From Dipteris shenzhenensis (lineage: Eukaryota), in NCBI GenBank assembly GCA_047967505.1, contig CM106538.1: DNA of 64,000 nucleotides; one strand, 5' to 3'. The number at the start of each line of letters is the position of its first letter. Positions within the stretch are counted from its first letter, which is position 1. The notes beneath the pieces are model-generated. The model saw nothing but the letters and a program-made list of their open reading frames with translations. It made no database searches and was not told the origin of the DNA. A program made the position numbers and the translations under genes. Positions 12,201 to 24,600 of the stretch are shown piece after piece.

Positions 12201-15068
12201 CCCCTCCATCGCAATGCAAATCACTATGAAAGGCCAGCAAAAAGTGTTGATCTTTTAATTAGTATGATGGAATTTTTGCTACCGTCCGAATGGGAAGTCA
12301 CATTGTGCCGAAAGGGACATCTGTTTGAAGCTCTTATCAGAAAAGGACACAATGTAAATATTATTGAGAGCCCTGCTTGCTTGGAATACCTTGATACCGT
12401 GGCCTCTCTCACAATAAAGTTTGATAAGAAAGGTCCGATCTCACATGAAGAGGATGACATAGAGATGATCATGTATGATGAGAGCAAGAAAGATGATGAA
12501 AATGATCAAAGCTCTGGATATAATAGTGAGGACACGAGCGATAGCAAGGAAGCAGAAGAAGATGGATATGACACTGACCTTGCCTCTGAAGGTTACATAA
12601 AAAGACCACGAAGATATGTAGAGGTATGAAAACTTATGTTTAATTTTCTTTATTCATTTAAAGGTCTTTTTAAATTTATAATTAATTTAAAATTTTGAAT
12701 CTCATAATTATTTTATCCTTTTATAGGAGAAGGGAGAGGAGGAGGATGAGGAGGACATAGCTGGAGCAGAGAATATAGAAAGCTCATCTCAAGAAAGCAA
12801 AGCTGCTCTGGGGCTATCCGTCGGATGACTCTAGAAAATAATCATACATTGCAGCAAATGGAGAAGTCATTTCAAGTTAGGTTTCAAGTTCGAGAACAAG
12901 CTCTTACTTTTATATTCAATGAAGAGGACATTTCAATCCTCATAAACTTCAAGAAAGAGGTCAATGACAAGGTCATAATAGCCATCCTCAGGTTTGACAC
13001 AAACTTTTTACTGACTTTATGCTTTTTCCATTGGATCAAATGAACTAATATTCTTTTCTTTTTATTGCAGTATGGTTTTACAATAGCTTCCGCTATATAT
13101 ACAAAGATGTGCATATATGGTCGATCCTCTTGTTTCTAGTGTACTTAGCAATAAGCAGAAGACCATAGATGATGTTTTTAAGTGGTTGCAACCTATTGAT
13201 TTGACTGCGTCACGAGTTATCTTTACCGCATATCACGAGGAGTGAGTATCAATCCCTACCTAGCTTATCTCTTACATTGTGGAAAATTATATCAAATAAT
13301 AATTATTCTTAATTGATAATGCAGCTTGCATTGGAGCTTGGTAATTGTAGACATCTTAGCCAAGCAATGCTTCTTTGTCAATTCAATAGCATCTATCCAT
13401 GGTAGTGTGTCAGAGTAAGTATCACCTACTTGTGTCATAATTATGTCAATGAGATGCATCCTATGCAATGCGCACATTCATTTATGTTTTCTATTTTGAT
13501 ATGTAGATCTGCTCGAAAGTTGGTAGGTGCTATAGATGCACTTATGCAAATGGAGGGTGACTTGGAAGATCAAATAGAGTATGTAACATGCCCTGCAGCA
13601 AAGCAAAATGATGACCACAGTTGTGGGTGGAGAGTCGGATATAACTGCTTTTTGCTCCTTGCTCAAATTTTTAATTTGAGAGGCGGTGAAACCTCATTGT
13701 CCACATATACAGACTTGCATCTATATGCATTTATGTCATCTATCATTAAGGCATTTATTGATAACATGGTGGAGCATCTAGAGGAAACATTGGTTGCTAC
13801 GCCCATAAGTTGTCCTAATGTAACCGCTGTATTGGACGAAATGGGGAGCTCTTCTAAGGTTAGGGTCATCATTAGCAAGCAACCTCATGTTTTGACTTTT
13901 GGTAGCGAGGAAGTTACAATCCTCTCTGACCCTTTGAAAGAGGCTAATGACAAAGTCATGATGGCCATCCTCAAGTTTGATATGAACATCTCTTGGCTTG
14001 ATACTTCAATCATTTGATTCAATCTGCTTCTAACATTTGTTTATTTATTGCTGCAGTACGGTTATATCTCATTTTCCTAAATCAGTACAGAATCGCGTCT
14101 GTATGCTCGATTCTCTTCTTTCAGCTGTACTTAGTGATACCAAGAAGACAGTAGATGATGTTTGTTCAATTCTACAACCTTTAGACTTGGATGGCATACT
14201 ACTTGTCTTTATGCCATACTATGAGAAGTAAGTATGGTCTCAATCTTTCTTTTACTCTCTTATTTATAATATTGTGTCAATTAATACTTAATATTGTGAT
14301 AAATCTTATCGCTCTTTATTGGTGATGTAGTTCACATTGGAGCCTGATAGTATGGGACCTTGATGACAACCATTGTTGGTTTGTCAACTCAATTACAGGC
14401 TTTCACGGGGTGTTCAGGTAAGTGTTCTTTTATCATATCATTATGAACATGCATCTTACTATTTACTACACAAATTCACTTTGTCATATGTCATGATGGA
14501 CAGGTCTGCAAACAAGTTAGTTTTTGCGATTATGAAAATCAGGGAGCATCAAGACCAACCAAATTTCCAGACACGCCTCGCAGTGGAGCAGAAAGACATG
14601 TTTAGTAGTGGGTGGAGAATTGCCTACAACTTCATGTTGTATCTCAATGAAATTTTTGAACATGTCTCCATAGAAGCATATACCAAGCTCGAGCTACAAG
14701 ATTTTGTGGCTAAGACTGTTCACTATCTAACTGCTATCATTGGGAAACAACATGATGGACTCAATGAAGAACCTGAGGGAGCCAAAGAAAAAGAAGAGAC
14801 AATTCAGTCTCCTTCTGTATCACAGCCTCAAGTAGAAGCATTACAGTCTACACTTGAATTAGAGACTCAATGCATTCTTCCCACACAAGAAGTGGAAACT
14901 CAATGTGCATCTACAACATCACATCTTGTAAAGGAGGAAGAGATTAAGTCTATCCCGATTGCACCAGAAGTAGAATCTCAATGTACACCATCCACACAAG
15001 TAGAGACTCAATGTACTCTTAGAGAATCCCAGCCTCAAGAGGACTCATCAGACTCTATTCAGTTGTAA
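9237..15068 (+). pseudogene. Large multi-exon cargo gene, copy 1: ParB/Srx-like region, possible degenerate N4/N6-MTase fold, two Ulp1 (C48)-like protease domains
   Basis: ORFs 9222-12629 lie in one frame separated by single stops (9762, 10623, 11220, 11586). GT-AG introns at about 12624-12727, 12991-13070, 13242-13324, 13417-13508 and again in the second repeat. Motifs FEAIDGQH, HWSLVIVD...QNDDHSCG and HWSLIVWD...QKDMFSSG. Confidence 0.75.
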
Positions 15069-15219
15069 AACATGTAGAAAGAAACATGAGTCCTTGAAGA
15101 TTTTTATCTTGTTTGTATTGATTAATGATAGTGTTTTTAAAACTTATGTTAAATGTTGCAATACATTAGGATATTTTATGATATTTATTCATTACAATAC
15201 ATTAGGTTTTACTTTTTTG

Positions 15220-15500
15220 AAAGTCTAATTTATTATGTATAATAAATATCTTATGATGAGAATCTAATAATTATATCATTCTTATGTTCCATCACTTTAT
15301 TTTATAGATTTCAATGTACTCAAAATCTATCATTTATTATGTACAGCAAGTCTAACTTATATTATATTAAAAGAATATCTCATGATGAGATTCTAATAAT
15401 TACTAACTTATATTATATTAAAAGAATATCTCATGATGAGATTCTATTAATTATATCATTCTTGTGTTCCATCATTTTATTTTATAGATTTCAATGTACT
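15220..15500 (+). repeat. AT-rich imperfect tandem repeats
   Basis: Recurrent tctaacttatattatattaaaagaatatctcatgatgagattcta and ttatatcattct...tagatttcaatgtact. Confidence 0.8.
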
Positions 15501-15639
15501 ATCACTATCTTACATGTCTCAAATGTCTCCCATTATGGTCTTGCATCCCATCATTTTATTTTATAATGTCTCGCATTACGGTCTTGCATCTAGTCATCTC
15601 GCATTACGGTCTTGCATCTGTAGTTCTATAAATTCCCTA

Positions 15640-16090
15640 GTAGTCGTTCATCTTCTATATCTCACCCGCAGCTGCAGCAGAGACTTCTTCCACTTTGCTC
15701 TTCTTACCTTACTCCTCTCCTCAAGCTTGCTCCTTCCTCTCCTCAAGCTTGCTCCTTCCATCTTGCCCGCAGCCTTGCCTCCTCTTCTCAAGCATACTCC
15801 TTTCATCTTGCCTTACCTCCTCTAGTTACCTTCCTCACTCTCGTTATCTTCCTCACCTCGTTCGTCTTCTATATCTTTCCTCACTCTCGTTACCTTCCTC
15901 ACCTCGTTCGTCTTTTATATCTCACCCGCAGCAAAAACTTCTTCCACTTTACTCTTCTTACCTTACTCCTCTCCACACTTCTTCCAGTACTTTACTCTTC
16001 TTACCTTACTCCTCTCCTCAAGCTTGCTCCTTCCATCTTGCCCGCGGCCTTACCTCCTCTTCTCAAGCATACTCCTTTCATCTTGCAACC
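15640..16090 (+). repeat. CT-rich imperfect repeats
   Basis: Repeated ctcttcttaccttactcctctcc, caagcttgctccttcc and cctcacctcgttcgtct blocks. Confidence 0.8.
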
Positions 16091-16093
16091 TTT

Positions 16094-16519
16094 ATGGATC
16101 TTTTTAAGGTAATCGATTCTGTCGAGCAAGCCATTAGCAGCCTCAAAGAATGGATTGTCGAGAACCAAGGAAAGTAGAGAAAGCAAAATCCAGCTCCATT
16201 AACCCAGTACGAGAAGGATGACTTTGCTTGTCAGAAGGGCTTAGAGAAGGAAAAGGAAAGAAAAATAAGTATGGCTACTACTAAAATAGATAAATTGCAG
16301 TCATATAGGAGAGAGTTGATAGACTTTCAAAGTGAGATATCTTCGCGTGTGGCTCGTTATGGAAGATTTTCCCCCGGGGAAGCGCAAGCCATTCGGAATA
16401 AACAAAGTGTTATGCAGGAGGAAATTCATCAATCCTTACTTCTCTTCTATAATTTTAACTACATCGATGAGGAACAGATGAGCTCAGCTCTTGAATGGGT
16501 TGAATTTAGGCTGACTTGA
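16094..16519 (+). pseudogene. Small helical or coiled-coil protein of unknown function (about 141 codons, one in-frame TAG)
   Basis: MDLFKVIDSVEQAISSLKEW... continues in frame through TAG 16175 into ORF 16271-16519. Confidence 0.45.
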
Positions 16520-16818
16520 AAATAGAAAATTCATCAAATTGAATGGCTGTAGTCATGAAAATCTCAGGCTTAACTTTTGAAGGTGTTTATTAACACCATT
16601 AAATATTAAGAGAGTTTACAACAACCGATTCTTATTTTTTCATGTAACTTATCTAGGCTGCGTTAAATTTTATAATTTTAGTTTCATGTCCTTAAAAAAA
16701 TATATAAAAAAATGCTTGTGTTTATGTTTTTATATGTGCTTTGAAGATTGGGTTTTTCTTAAATTTTATCTGAAAACTAGTCCAAAAGTATATGTAAAAA
16801 TGAATTTGTACATTGACA

Positions 16819-16844
16819 AGTCCAAAATTAATGAAATAAGTGTT
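16819..16844 (-). mobile_element. Left TIR of the Sola-like element (AACACTTATTTCATTAATTTTGGACT), next to TSD GTAT at 16845-16848 (minus strand)
   Basis: Identical 26-mer at 32847-32872. Both copies abut the same codon position of the CACTA transposase. Confidence 0.85.
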
Positions 16845-17615
16845 ATACAATCATTACGGCAAGCATGGATGGTATCATAATCCATACCCACCATTGTTAG
16901 CATCTTTTTCGCTTCATCTCTTGATGCGGGCATGGTATTTGGTGCACGCAACATCTTCTGGAGCAACCTATGACAAACACAATATCCAAATGATGATTCT
17001 CAAAACAAACAATATACAAATAATGAGTCAAATTAATGCAAGGGCTAACCTCATTAAGGCCGAGACACTTGTATCTGACCACCCATACTGTACTTGTAGA
17101 TTCAAGATTGAGAGACAAGCACGTAGTTTAGACATCCTAGCACCCTCGTACAATTGTGTTGATTGCAACTCTCGCATTTTGACCTCAGACTCTGACATCA
17201 CGTGTACGTGGGATGTAGTGCCCCTAAAAATGGAATCCATCATGTCGACCATACCTTCGTCATCATCCGAGAGACTATATTCATGCTGAAAGTGAGAAGG
17301 TATATGTGTACCCTCGTCACCCTCCTCATCCTGTTTTAAGATTTCGTGTAAATATAAGATCTTCTATTTCCTAGTATAAGATTGCGAACTTAAATAGCTT
17401 TGACTTACCGATGAGCCATCAACATGTGCAACACCAATGGGGGGTACTGGTTCCGGTTCCTCCCCATACATCCGCAAGTGGCGCATGATAATACGACGTT
17501 GATGTCGTACTTCTCGCTTGCAATGAGTGCAATGACAGTATAACCTTTCCATAAGCCACTTCGTGCTCTCGGGCATTGGTGCATCATCGGACGAGCTTCC
17601 ACTCGTCCCTTCCAT
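16845..17615 (-). pseudogene. CACTA/En-Spm transposase 5' exons
   Basis: LYCHCTHC...RHLRMYG transposase-associated motif, LYEGARMSKL...GWSDTS, and GMDYDTIHACRNDCI. GT-AG introns at about 17331-17408 and 16968-17049. Confidence 0.9.
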
Positions 17616-17719
17616 CTACACTTATAAAATCACAACATAAGCATGAAGAGGACATATTGACAATTATCAAAAAGCATGTTTGAGCTTCTCTTGATGCCAC
17701 ATCAAAAAAATGACAGTAA

Positions 17720-17825
17720 GCGTCGCTATATAGCGACGCTTTCCTCTGTTCTATCGCTATATAGCGACGTTTTTAATTAAAAACATCGCTATATAGTGGA
17801 TTAACATCGCTATATAGCGACGCTA
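17720..17825. repeat. Cluster of palindromic TCGCTATATAGCGA repeats (CACTA subterminal-type)
   Basis: Four copies or variants here. The same motif clusters at 36310-36380 next to the CACTA terminus. Confidence 0.85.
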
Positions 17826-18679
17826 TGGATTAAAACCCGAAACGTCGAAACGCGCGGCGTTTTGCTCATTCCATTCCCTAATCTCTCAAGTAAGCAACCC
17901 AAAATCTCCTCCCACCTATTTTCGATGACCTCCCACCTATTCTCCTCACCCTTCTCCTACCTCTTGTACTCCCTCTCTATCCTTTTCCCTCTTTGGTTTC
18001 TTGAAAGAAAGTTCTTCAAGAGGTGAGTTTGTTTCAACAATGTAGGTTGTTTGTTTGTTAGCTTTAGTTTTGTGAGTGTTTGCTAAACCTGTAAACTAGT
18101 TTTCATGCTTGTTTTGAAAGGATTGAAACAAAAAACGAGATTTCAATAAAGAAAGAAAACTCACCTCTTTTTTCTATATTTCTCTTCCTTCTCTTTCTCC
18201 TTGTCTCCTCAATCTCCTCCCTTCAAGAAGTTACTTTTGTAATCTCCTCCTTCCACTAACATCTTATTTGAAAAAATGGGTTGTTTTCTCTCTTTTGTAG
18301 GGCCAGTCCACTACACCAAGTGGGACATACTATTTCAGGTAAGTGCTTCCTCTTTTTTCCATTTATTATTTTTGTTATTTGCATTGGCCTGCAGCTAGCT
18401 CCTTAAGCGCTAGCTGCAGTGATGGGCGTAGGAACCCTCTCTTCCCCTCCCACTCTTTCCTTCTTCCCCCTTCTCTTATTCTCTTTTTTCCCCCTTCTAT
18501 TTTTTCCCTCTTCTCTTATTCTCTCTTTCCCCCTTCTCTATTTCCCCCTCATCTCTTTTCCCTTCTCTCTTTCCTTTCCCTCTTATTCTCTATTTCCTTT
18601 CCCTCTTATTCTCTTATGCTTATGCTTCTCTCATTCCCCCTTCTCTCTTTCCCCCTTCTCTATTTTCCCCTTCTCTCAT

Positions 18680-18853
18680 TCGCATAAGCTCATACTCATG
18701 CATGAGCATAAGCATGAGCTTACGCTTATGCTAATGCTTAAGCATAAGCATAAGCATAAGCATAAGCTCATGCTTATGCTCATGCATGAGCATGAGCTTA
18801 TGCTTAAGTTTCCCCCTTCTTTATTTCTCTATTTCAACATAAGCATGAGCATG
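18680..18853. repeat. CATAAG/CATGAG/CTTATG hexamer repeat tract at the rearrangement breakpoint
   Basis: gcataagcataagcataag and gcttatgctcatgcatgag runs. Confidence 0.85.
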
Positions 18854-21694
18854 ACTCTATATCTTGAGACCGCTTTCTCTCTTGTCCCTTTTTCTTGAGT
18901 ATATCCCTTTGTAAATCTTGAGCTCATTGCCATATTGTTTTTCTAGGGTAGCAGACATTTGTTCCTTGTCATCTTTATCAGCAAATATGACTATATTACA
19001 TTGTCCCACTCTACCAATAGTGGTATGTAATATTCTGTCAAGGAGTTGACGGATGTCATCCGGTGATATTTCATAGACAAAGAAAAGCTGAGGTCTCTCT
19101 CAAGCAGTGTCGTCGGACAAAAAATCATTCAACTCCCTTGCACTCAACACTCTTTCCAGACTCTGAAATGATTTCATGTATGAAATAAAAGCCCTTGTTC
19201 AAAGTTTTTTCTTTTCTGAGAGTGTGGTTATTGATGACTTTTTTTGCATATGCATACACATTTTCCGGAATGTCACTTCTCATAGAGGGAGTAATTTCAG
19301 ATCCATCATCTTCTACCTTCACCCATTTATGCGCCCAAGCCTTTTGTTTAGCTGACGGTAAAGCTGATGCCATCTGCCTCACAATGTTATGATCAATTTT
19401 ACATTGGCTAATTGGAATATTTTTTTCTCCCAATAAATATTCAATTGCACTCTTTACTGCATCACGCTTGACCTGTTGGATGATGCAATCTTCCATGCAA
19501 TGATCTTTATCCTTTTTGCCAAAAAACCATTCTTTGGACATTAATTTCTTTGCAGCAAGACTTGCGTATTTGTCTGCTAGGTTTCTTAAATGCCTCCACA
19601 TCCGAGCTGTCATCTCTTTTTTCTCAATCTTCTTTGCCTTCTCTTTAATCAATGATGGAGCCTCATATGTGACATCTCCTTTCTCACATGCAAGACACAC
19701 GTCTTTGATCTGATGAAAAACTTCATCACTACGAAAAAGTATGCTTGTGTAGTCTTGATACCTATCCCTTACTGTCTTAAAGCTTGTAATCACCTCTGCT
19801 CTTTCCTGCTTTCCCCTTGGTACAATGGCACTCAAGCATGTGTAGAAGTCAACAAGATTATCCGCTTCCACTTTAGTTGCAGTTCTTTTGAGAGTGGTCA
19901 AAGGAGAATTAAAAGTTTTCCATATGGTCCTAGCTTTGAGCAACATCTCTGAAGTGGAGGTGATTTTTCGTAGTTCATAAATGTCATGATTAAGTCTTTC
20001 CGACTCAATCAAATATTTTTTCTCGTCTTGAAGATACAAATGCATGCAAAATAGTAGTGAAATTGAGGCACACTCGCGAAGGTTTGATAAGTAATTTCTC
20101 CTTTCTTGTATGCATCTCTAGAGTGCTCATTACAAGCATAGGCATAGTGCTGACCATCTATTGCCTCAAATGTACAATGAGCTAGGAAATTTCTCTTGGC
20201 ATCCCGTATATGTCGTTCTGGATCATTCACTGAACTTTGTCCTTCTTGAAGTGAGGGAACTTGTTTTCTGAGGAACTTAGTGAATTGCATCTCAAAATCT
20301 ATAGGCTAAGAGAAATTGATGGATTGACTATAATCTCCCATGACTGGCCAAAATGTTCTTGGATGGAGTACCAAATTCGAAACAATTGGTTTTTTTCCAT
20401 CAATCAAAGCCTGAAAAATCTTTTCAGCATAGGTTGTATCTAAGGTCCTGCTGTTGGTGAAGACACTTGCTTTGACCACTGTTGAAGCGTGTATAACTTG
20501 AGTCTTCTGGCCCCATATATATCCTGGATCCTCATCTGTCACAGCCTCATTCAAGCGAAGATTTAGGTTCTTCATTGATAACATTCTTGCTTCTAGATCT
20601 GACTCCATTTCAAGACCCTCCGCATCCTCTTCATGTTCTTGCTCTTCTCTTCTTTTCCCTTTCTTTGTATATGAACGACCTCTTTTTCCAGTTATAGGAC
20701 TTGGAACTGTAGCTCGTGAAGTACTTGCCTTTTGCATTTGACGTCGAGGTTTATTTTTTAGGGGCTCAATGTGAACTGCTTTAGATCGCCCTACTTCTTC
20801 TTCTATTGCCTCAACTTCAGGTATACTTAAGGGCTTCACTTGTTCTGTTATTCCATCAACTTCATGAGTTACACCATCTAAGTGAGTAATACCATGAACA
20901 AGAGATGTGTGTGCATGTCCTATCTTATCCGATGCATGTCGTGTCTCACTCAATTCAATTTCTGTCTGAGATGCATGTGCATGTCCAGTCTCCACCAATT
21001 CAATTCCTGTCTCAGATGTAGATCCCTTGTAAGCATCCACATGTACAAGACCCTCATCCATTGCTACAATGTGTTCTGTCTCATCCACTCCACTTCCTCT
21101 CTCATTTGTATTACCATGAACCAGGTCTACATGGCGTGTCTCATCACTTCCTTTCTCATGTGTGGATTATTGCACCTTAGTTCCCTCCAATGAAGTTGAA
21201 CCTTGTTGGATGACACCCTGAAAGTATTCAAGGATAATCTTTGACCGCATTTTTCTTGCTTCCTCAATGGGAAATTCCTCCCACACATGTTGAAGGATCT
21301 CCAATGCAGGAACCAATTCAGGAAATCTAGGTGCTTTTGGCGGCAGCATCACAAAGTGCATTGCATCTTTCTTAGAAAGAAGAAACGATCTGTTGCTCAT
21401 TCTTGACTTTGTGTAAATCATCATTGTACTACTGTCTTTTTCAATTTTTATTCCTACTAAGGTGCCCCCTTGAATCAAATTGCTCTTTGAGAAAGATACA
21501 TTTGATGCCCACTCATCTTTCTCCAACTCTCTCTTTGTCATCACTAGAATGAGATTTCCTTTACTTAAGACCAAGAAGCATGCTTTCTTTGTTGTGTCAA
21601 CAACTGTCCAGTTTGTGAAGTCCTTCGGGGCATAAATTCTTCCATTGTATTTCAGTGTCATACCATTGACAAATGCTGTAGCCTCAAGATCCAT
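18853..21694 (-). pseudogene. Cargo gene copy 2, 3'-truncated
   Basis: Near-identical to copy 1. Shares the stops at 21167 and 20306 and has its own frameshifts near 20025 and 19130. Confidence 0.85.
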
Positions 21695-24600
21695 CCTGTA
21701 TTCAAGCATAACACAAATTTTAAGTACTTTGACAAACTACAATTACTTTGAAAAATCAGAAGTACAATGAGTCCCATTAATACACCTCAAGTTTTTATTC
21801 TTCCCAATCATATAAGTATCAATTTCATGCTTTGGGAATAGCCTAAAAGGCTTTACAAGGCTTAGAGCATAAATGCTTTGGGAATAGCCTAAAAGGCTTT
21901 ACAAGGCTTAGAGCATAAATGTGAAAAAAAATAAGGATTTACAATGATCTCTGAATACAAATTTGAAGTCTGTCATATATAAGTGCAAAATGCTCTGTCA
22001 ACTCCCGCAACTGATATAAGTGTAAAATGCTCTGTCAACTTCCACAATTGTAATCTGTCATGTCCACTGATACAACTTTCAATCATCTTGAAAGTTTAAA
22101 AACCTTAATCGTTGCTTAAATGGTAGGGTTGTTGTGACTGTGAAACCGAATGTGAACGAATGGACTGCCGATTAGGAACTAGTCGGGAAATTTTTAGCAT
22201 GGCTTTGATTGGTTTTTTTGGAGTTCTCTCCTCTAAGGACAAACTAATCTATGCTAATCTAGACTACACCAACCGTCGAAGCGAAGAAAAGCAAGAAATA
22301 ATTTCTTTTCCATTGTTCTTTTTAATATCCTTAGGTTGCGAATTAAAAGCAAAAAATAATCTATTTTCCATTATTCTTTTTAATACACTAAGGTTGTGAG
22401 TTTAAAAAAGATAAAATTTATATTTTATCTTTTTTAAACTCACACCCCTTTCTCTCTCTCTCTCCCCCCCTTCTCTCCCCCCCCCTTCTCTCTTGCTGCC
22501 GCCCCCATCCTCCCACCCCACCTCCCCCATTCTCACTCCCACGCCCACGTCCATTCTTTCACCTTCCCCATTCCCACTCCCTCTCCCACTCCCATCCTCC
22601 CACCCCTTTCTCTCTCTCTCCCCCCCTTCTCTCTCGCTGCCGCGGCAGTAGCCCCCCCCCTTCTCTCTCTCTCCCTCCCCCTTCTCATTTTAAAAAAGAT
22701 AAAATTTATATTTTCAAAAACTAATTTACTTACAACTCATAATAATTGAACATTCACATCAATAAGAAGTTAAAATCTTAATAAATTTGAATTTAAATAA
22801 TAAAAACTATAAAGTAGTTTAACTTAAAGTTTATGAAAAAATAACGTAAAATAAAGAAAACAAGACTTAAAATTAAAATTTTAATATTTACCTAGAAGAA
22901 TATATTAATTCTCCCAAAAAAGAAATAAATTAAAGTAATAATAACGAATGTAAGTTAAACTACTTTTAAAATTTTAATTTAAAATGTAATAAAATTAAAA
23001 TTATACTTTTTATATTCCAAAACAAAATGCATTATAGTCTAAATTAAACTAGTAAATTGAAAATGAAAGTGAAACTCATTTTAAATTCAAAAACAAAGAA
23101 AAATTTAAAATTCAAGTTTCTACAAGTTTTGCTTTTAGCATACATTTGTCTTTTCACATCCACGCATTTGTCTTTTGAAACACAAGGTTGTCTTTTATCA
23201 CAATTTTCAAGTTTTCACACGTTTAACTTTTCAAACACAAGGATTCATAGTTTAAAAAAAGGCGGGAAATTTGAAATTCTAGTTTCCACATGTTTCTCTT
23301 TTCGAACACTAAGGTTTATAGTTTTGTTTGTTTAAGTTTCGACTAAATCACACACCAATCTCCTCTAATATGCCTCATTGATCGTAGCTCCCAAATTCTT
23401 CCATCAAAACGTCTCTCCTTTATCTCTTCTTGATCGTCGCCCACTCATTTTTTCTCCTTATTGGTAAGATTTTCTATCTCGATCGTACTTTCGCTTGTGC
23501 CCTTCCTCTCTAAATTTTCATCAAACACTGAGGTTTATAGTTTTGTTTATTTAAGTTTCGACTAAATCACACACCAATCTCCTCTCATATGCCTGATTGA
23601 TCGTAGCTCCTTTATCTTTTCTCGATCGTTTCCCACTCATTTCTCCTCTTCATTGGTAAGATTTTCTATCTCGATCGTACTTTCTCTTGTGTCCTCCCTC
23701 TCTAAATTTTCATCTCTCATCCATCTCTCTCACTCTTCTCTCTCTCTCTTTCCTCTCCGCTCTCGTCTATGTTTCCTCTCATCTTAGTCTACTCTCTCCC
23801 CTCCTCTTCATTTCCCCTCTCTCTCTCTCTCTCCCTCTCTCCTCACCTTTTCCCTCTCTCTCACTTGCGCTCCCCACTCTCTCTCTCACTTGCCGCGGCC
23901 TCCCCCCTCTCTCTCTCTCCCCTCCCCTCTCTCTCTCTCCCCCCCTGTGTCTCTCTTGCTGCCGTGGCAGCGGCCTCCCCCCCTCTCTCTCTCTCTCCGT
24001 CTCTCTCTCTCCCCCCTCCCTCTCTTTCGCTGTCGCGGCAGCGGCCCCCCCTCTCTCTCTCTCTCCCCCTCTCTCTCACTGCGCCTCCCCCCCTTCTCTC
24101 TCTCTCCCCCCCTTCTCTCTCGCTGCCGCGGCAGCGGCCCCCCCTCTCTCTCTCTCCCTCCCCCTCTCTCTCGCTGCCGTGGCAACAGCCCCCCCTCCCC
24201 TTCTCTCTCTGCCACCCCCCTCCTCTCCCACCCCCTTCTCTCTCTCTCCCCCCCTTCTCTCTCGCTGCTGCGGTAGCGGCCCCCCCTTCTCTCTCTCTCC
24301 CTCCCCCTCTCTCTCGCTGCCGCGCCCCCCCTCTCTCTCCCCCCTCCTCTCTCGCTGCTGCAGCAGTGGCCCCCCCTGTCTCTCTCCTCTCCCCTCCCCT
24401 CCCTCCCTCTCCCCCCCCCTCTCTCCACTGCCGCGGCAGTGGCCTCCCCCCCCATCTCTCTCTCCCCCCCTCCTCTCTCGCTGCCCCCCCTCCTCTCTCG
24501 CTGCCGTGGCAGTGGCCCCCCCTCCTCTCTCTTTCTCCCTCCCCCTCTCTCTCGCTCTCGCATCCCCCCCCTTCTCTCTCTCCCCCCCGCTCCTCTCTCG

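Noticed and set aside
17720-17825. CRISPR-like repeat-spacer array
   Set aside because: Short palindromes with irregular spacing in a eukaryotic TE context, with no cas genes.
18309-18317. CACTACACC as the missing CACTA 5' end
   Set aside because: Wrong orientation for the minus-strand 5' half, does not match CACTACTAC beyond 6 bp, and has no adjacent subterminal repeats.
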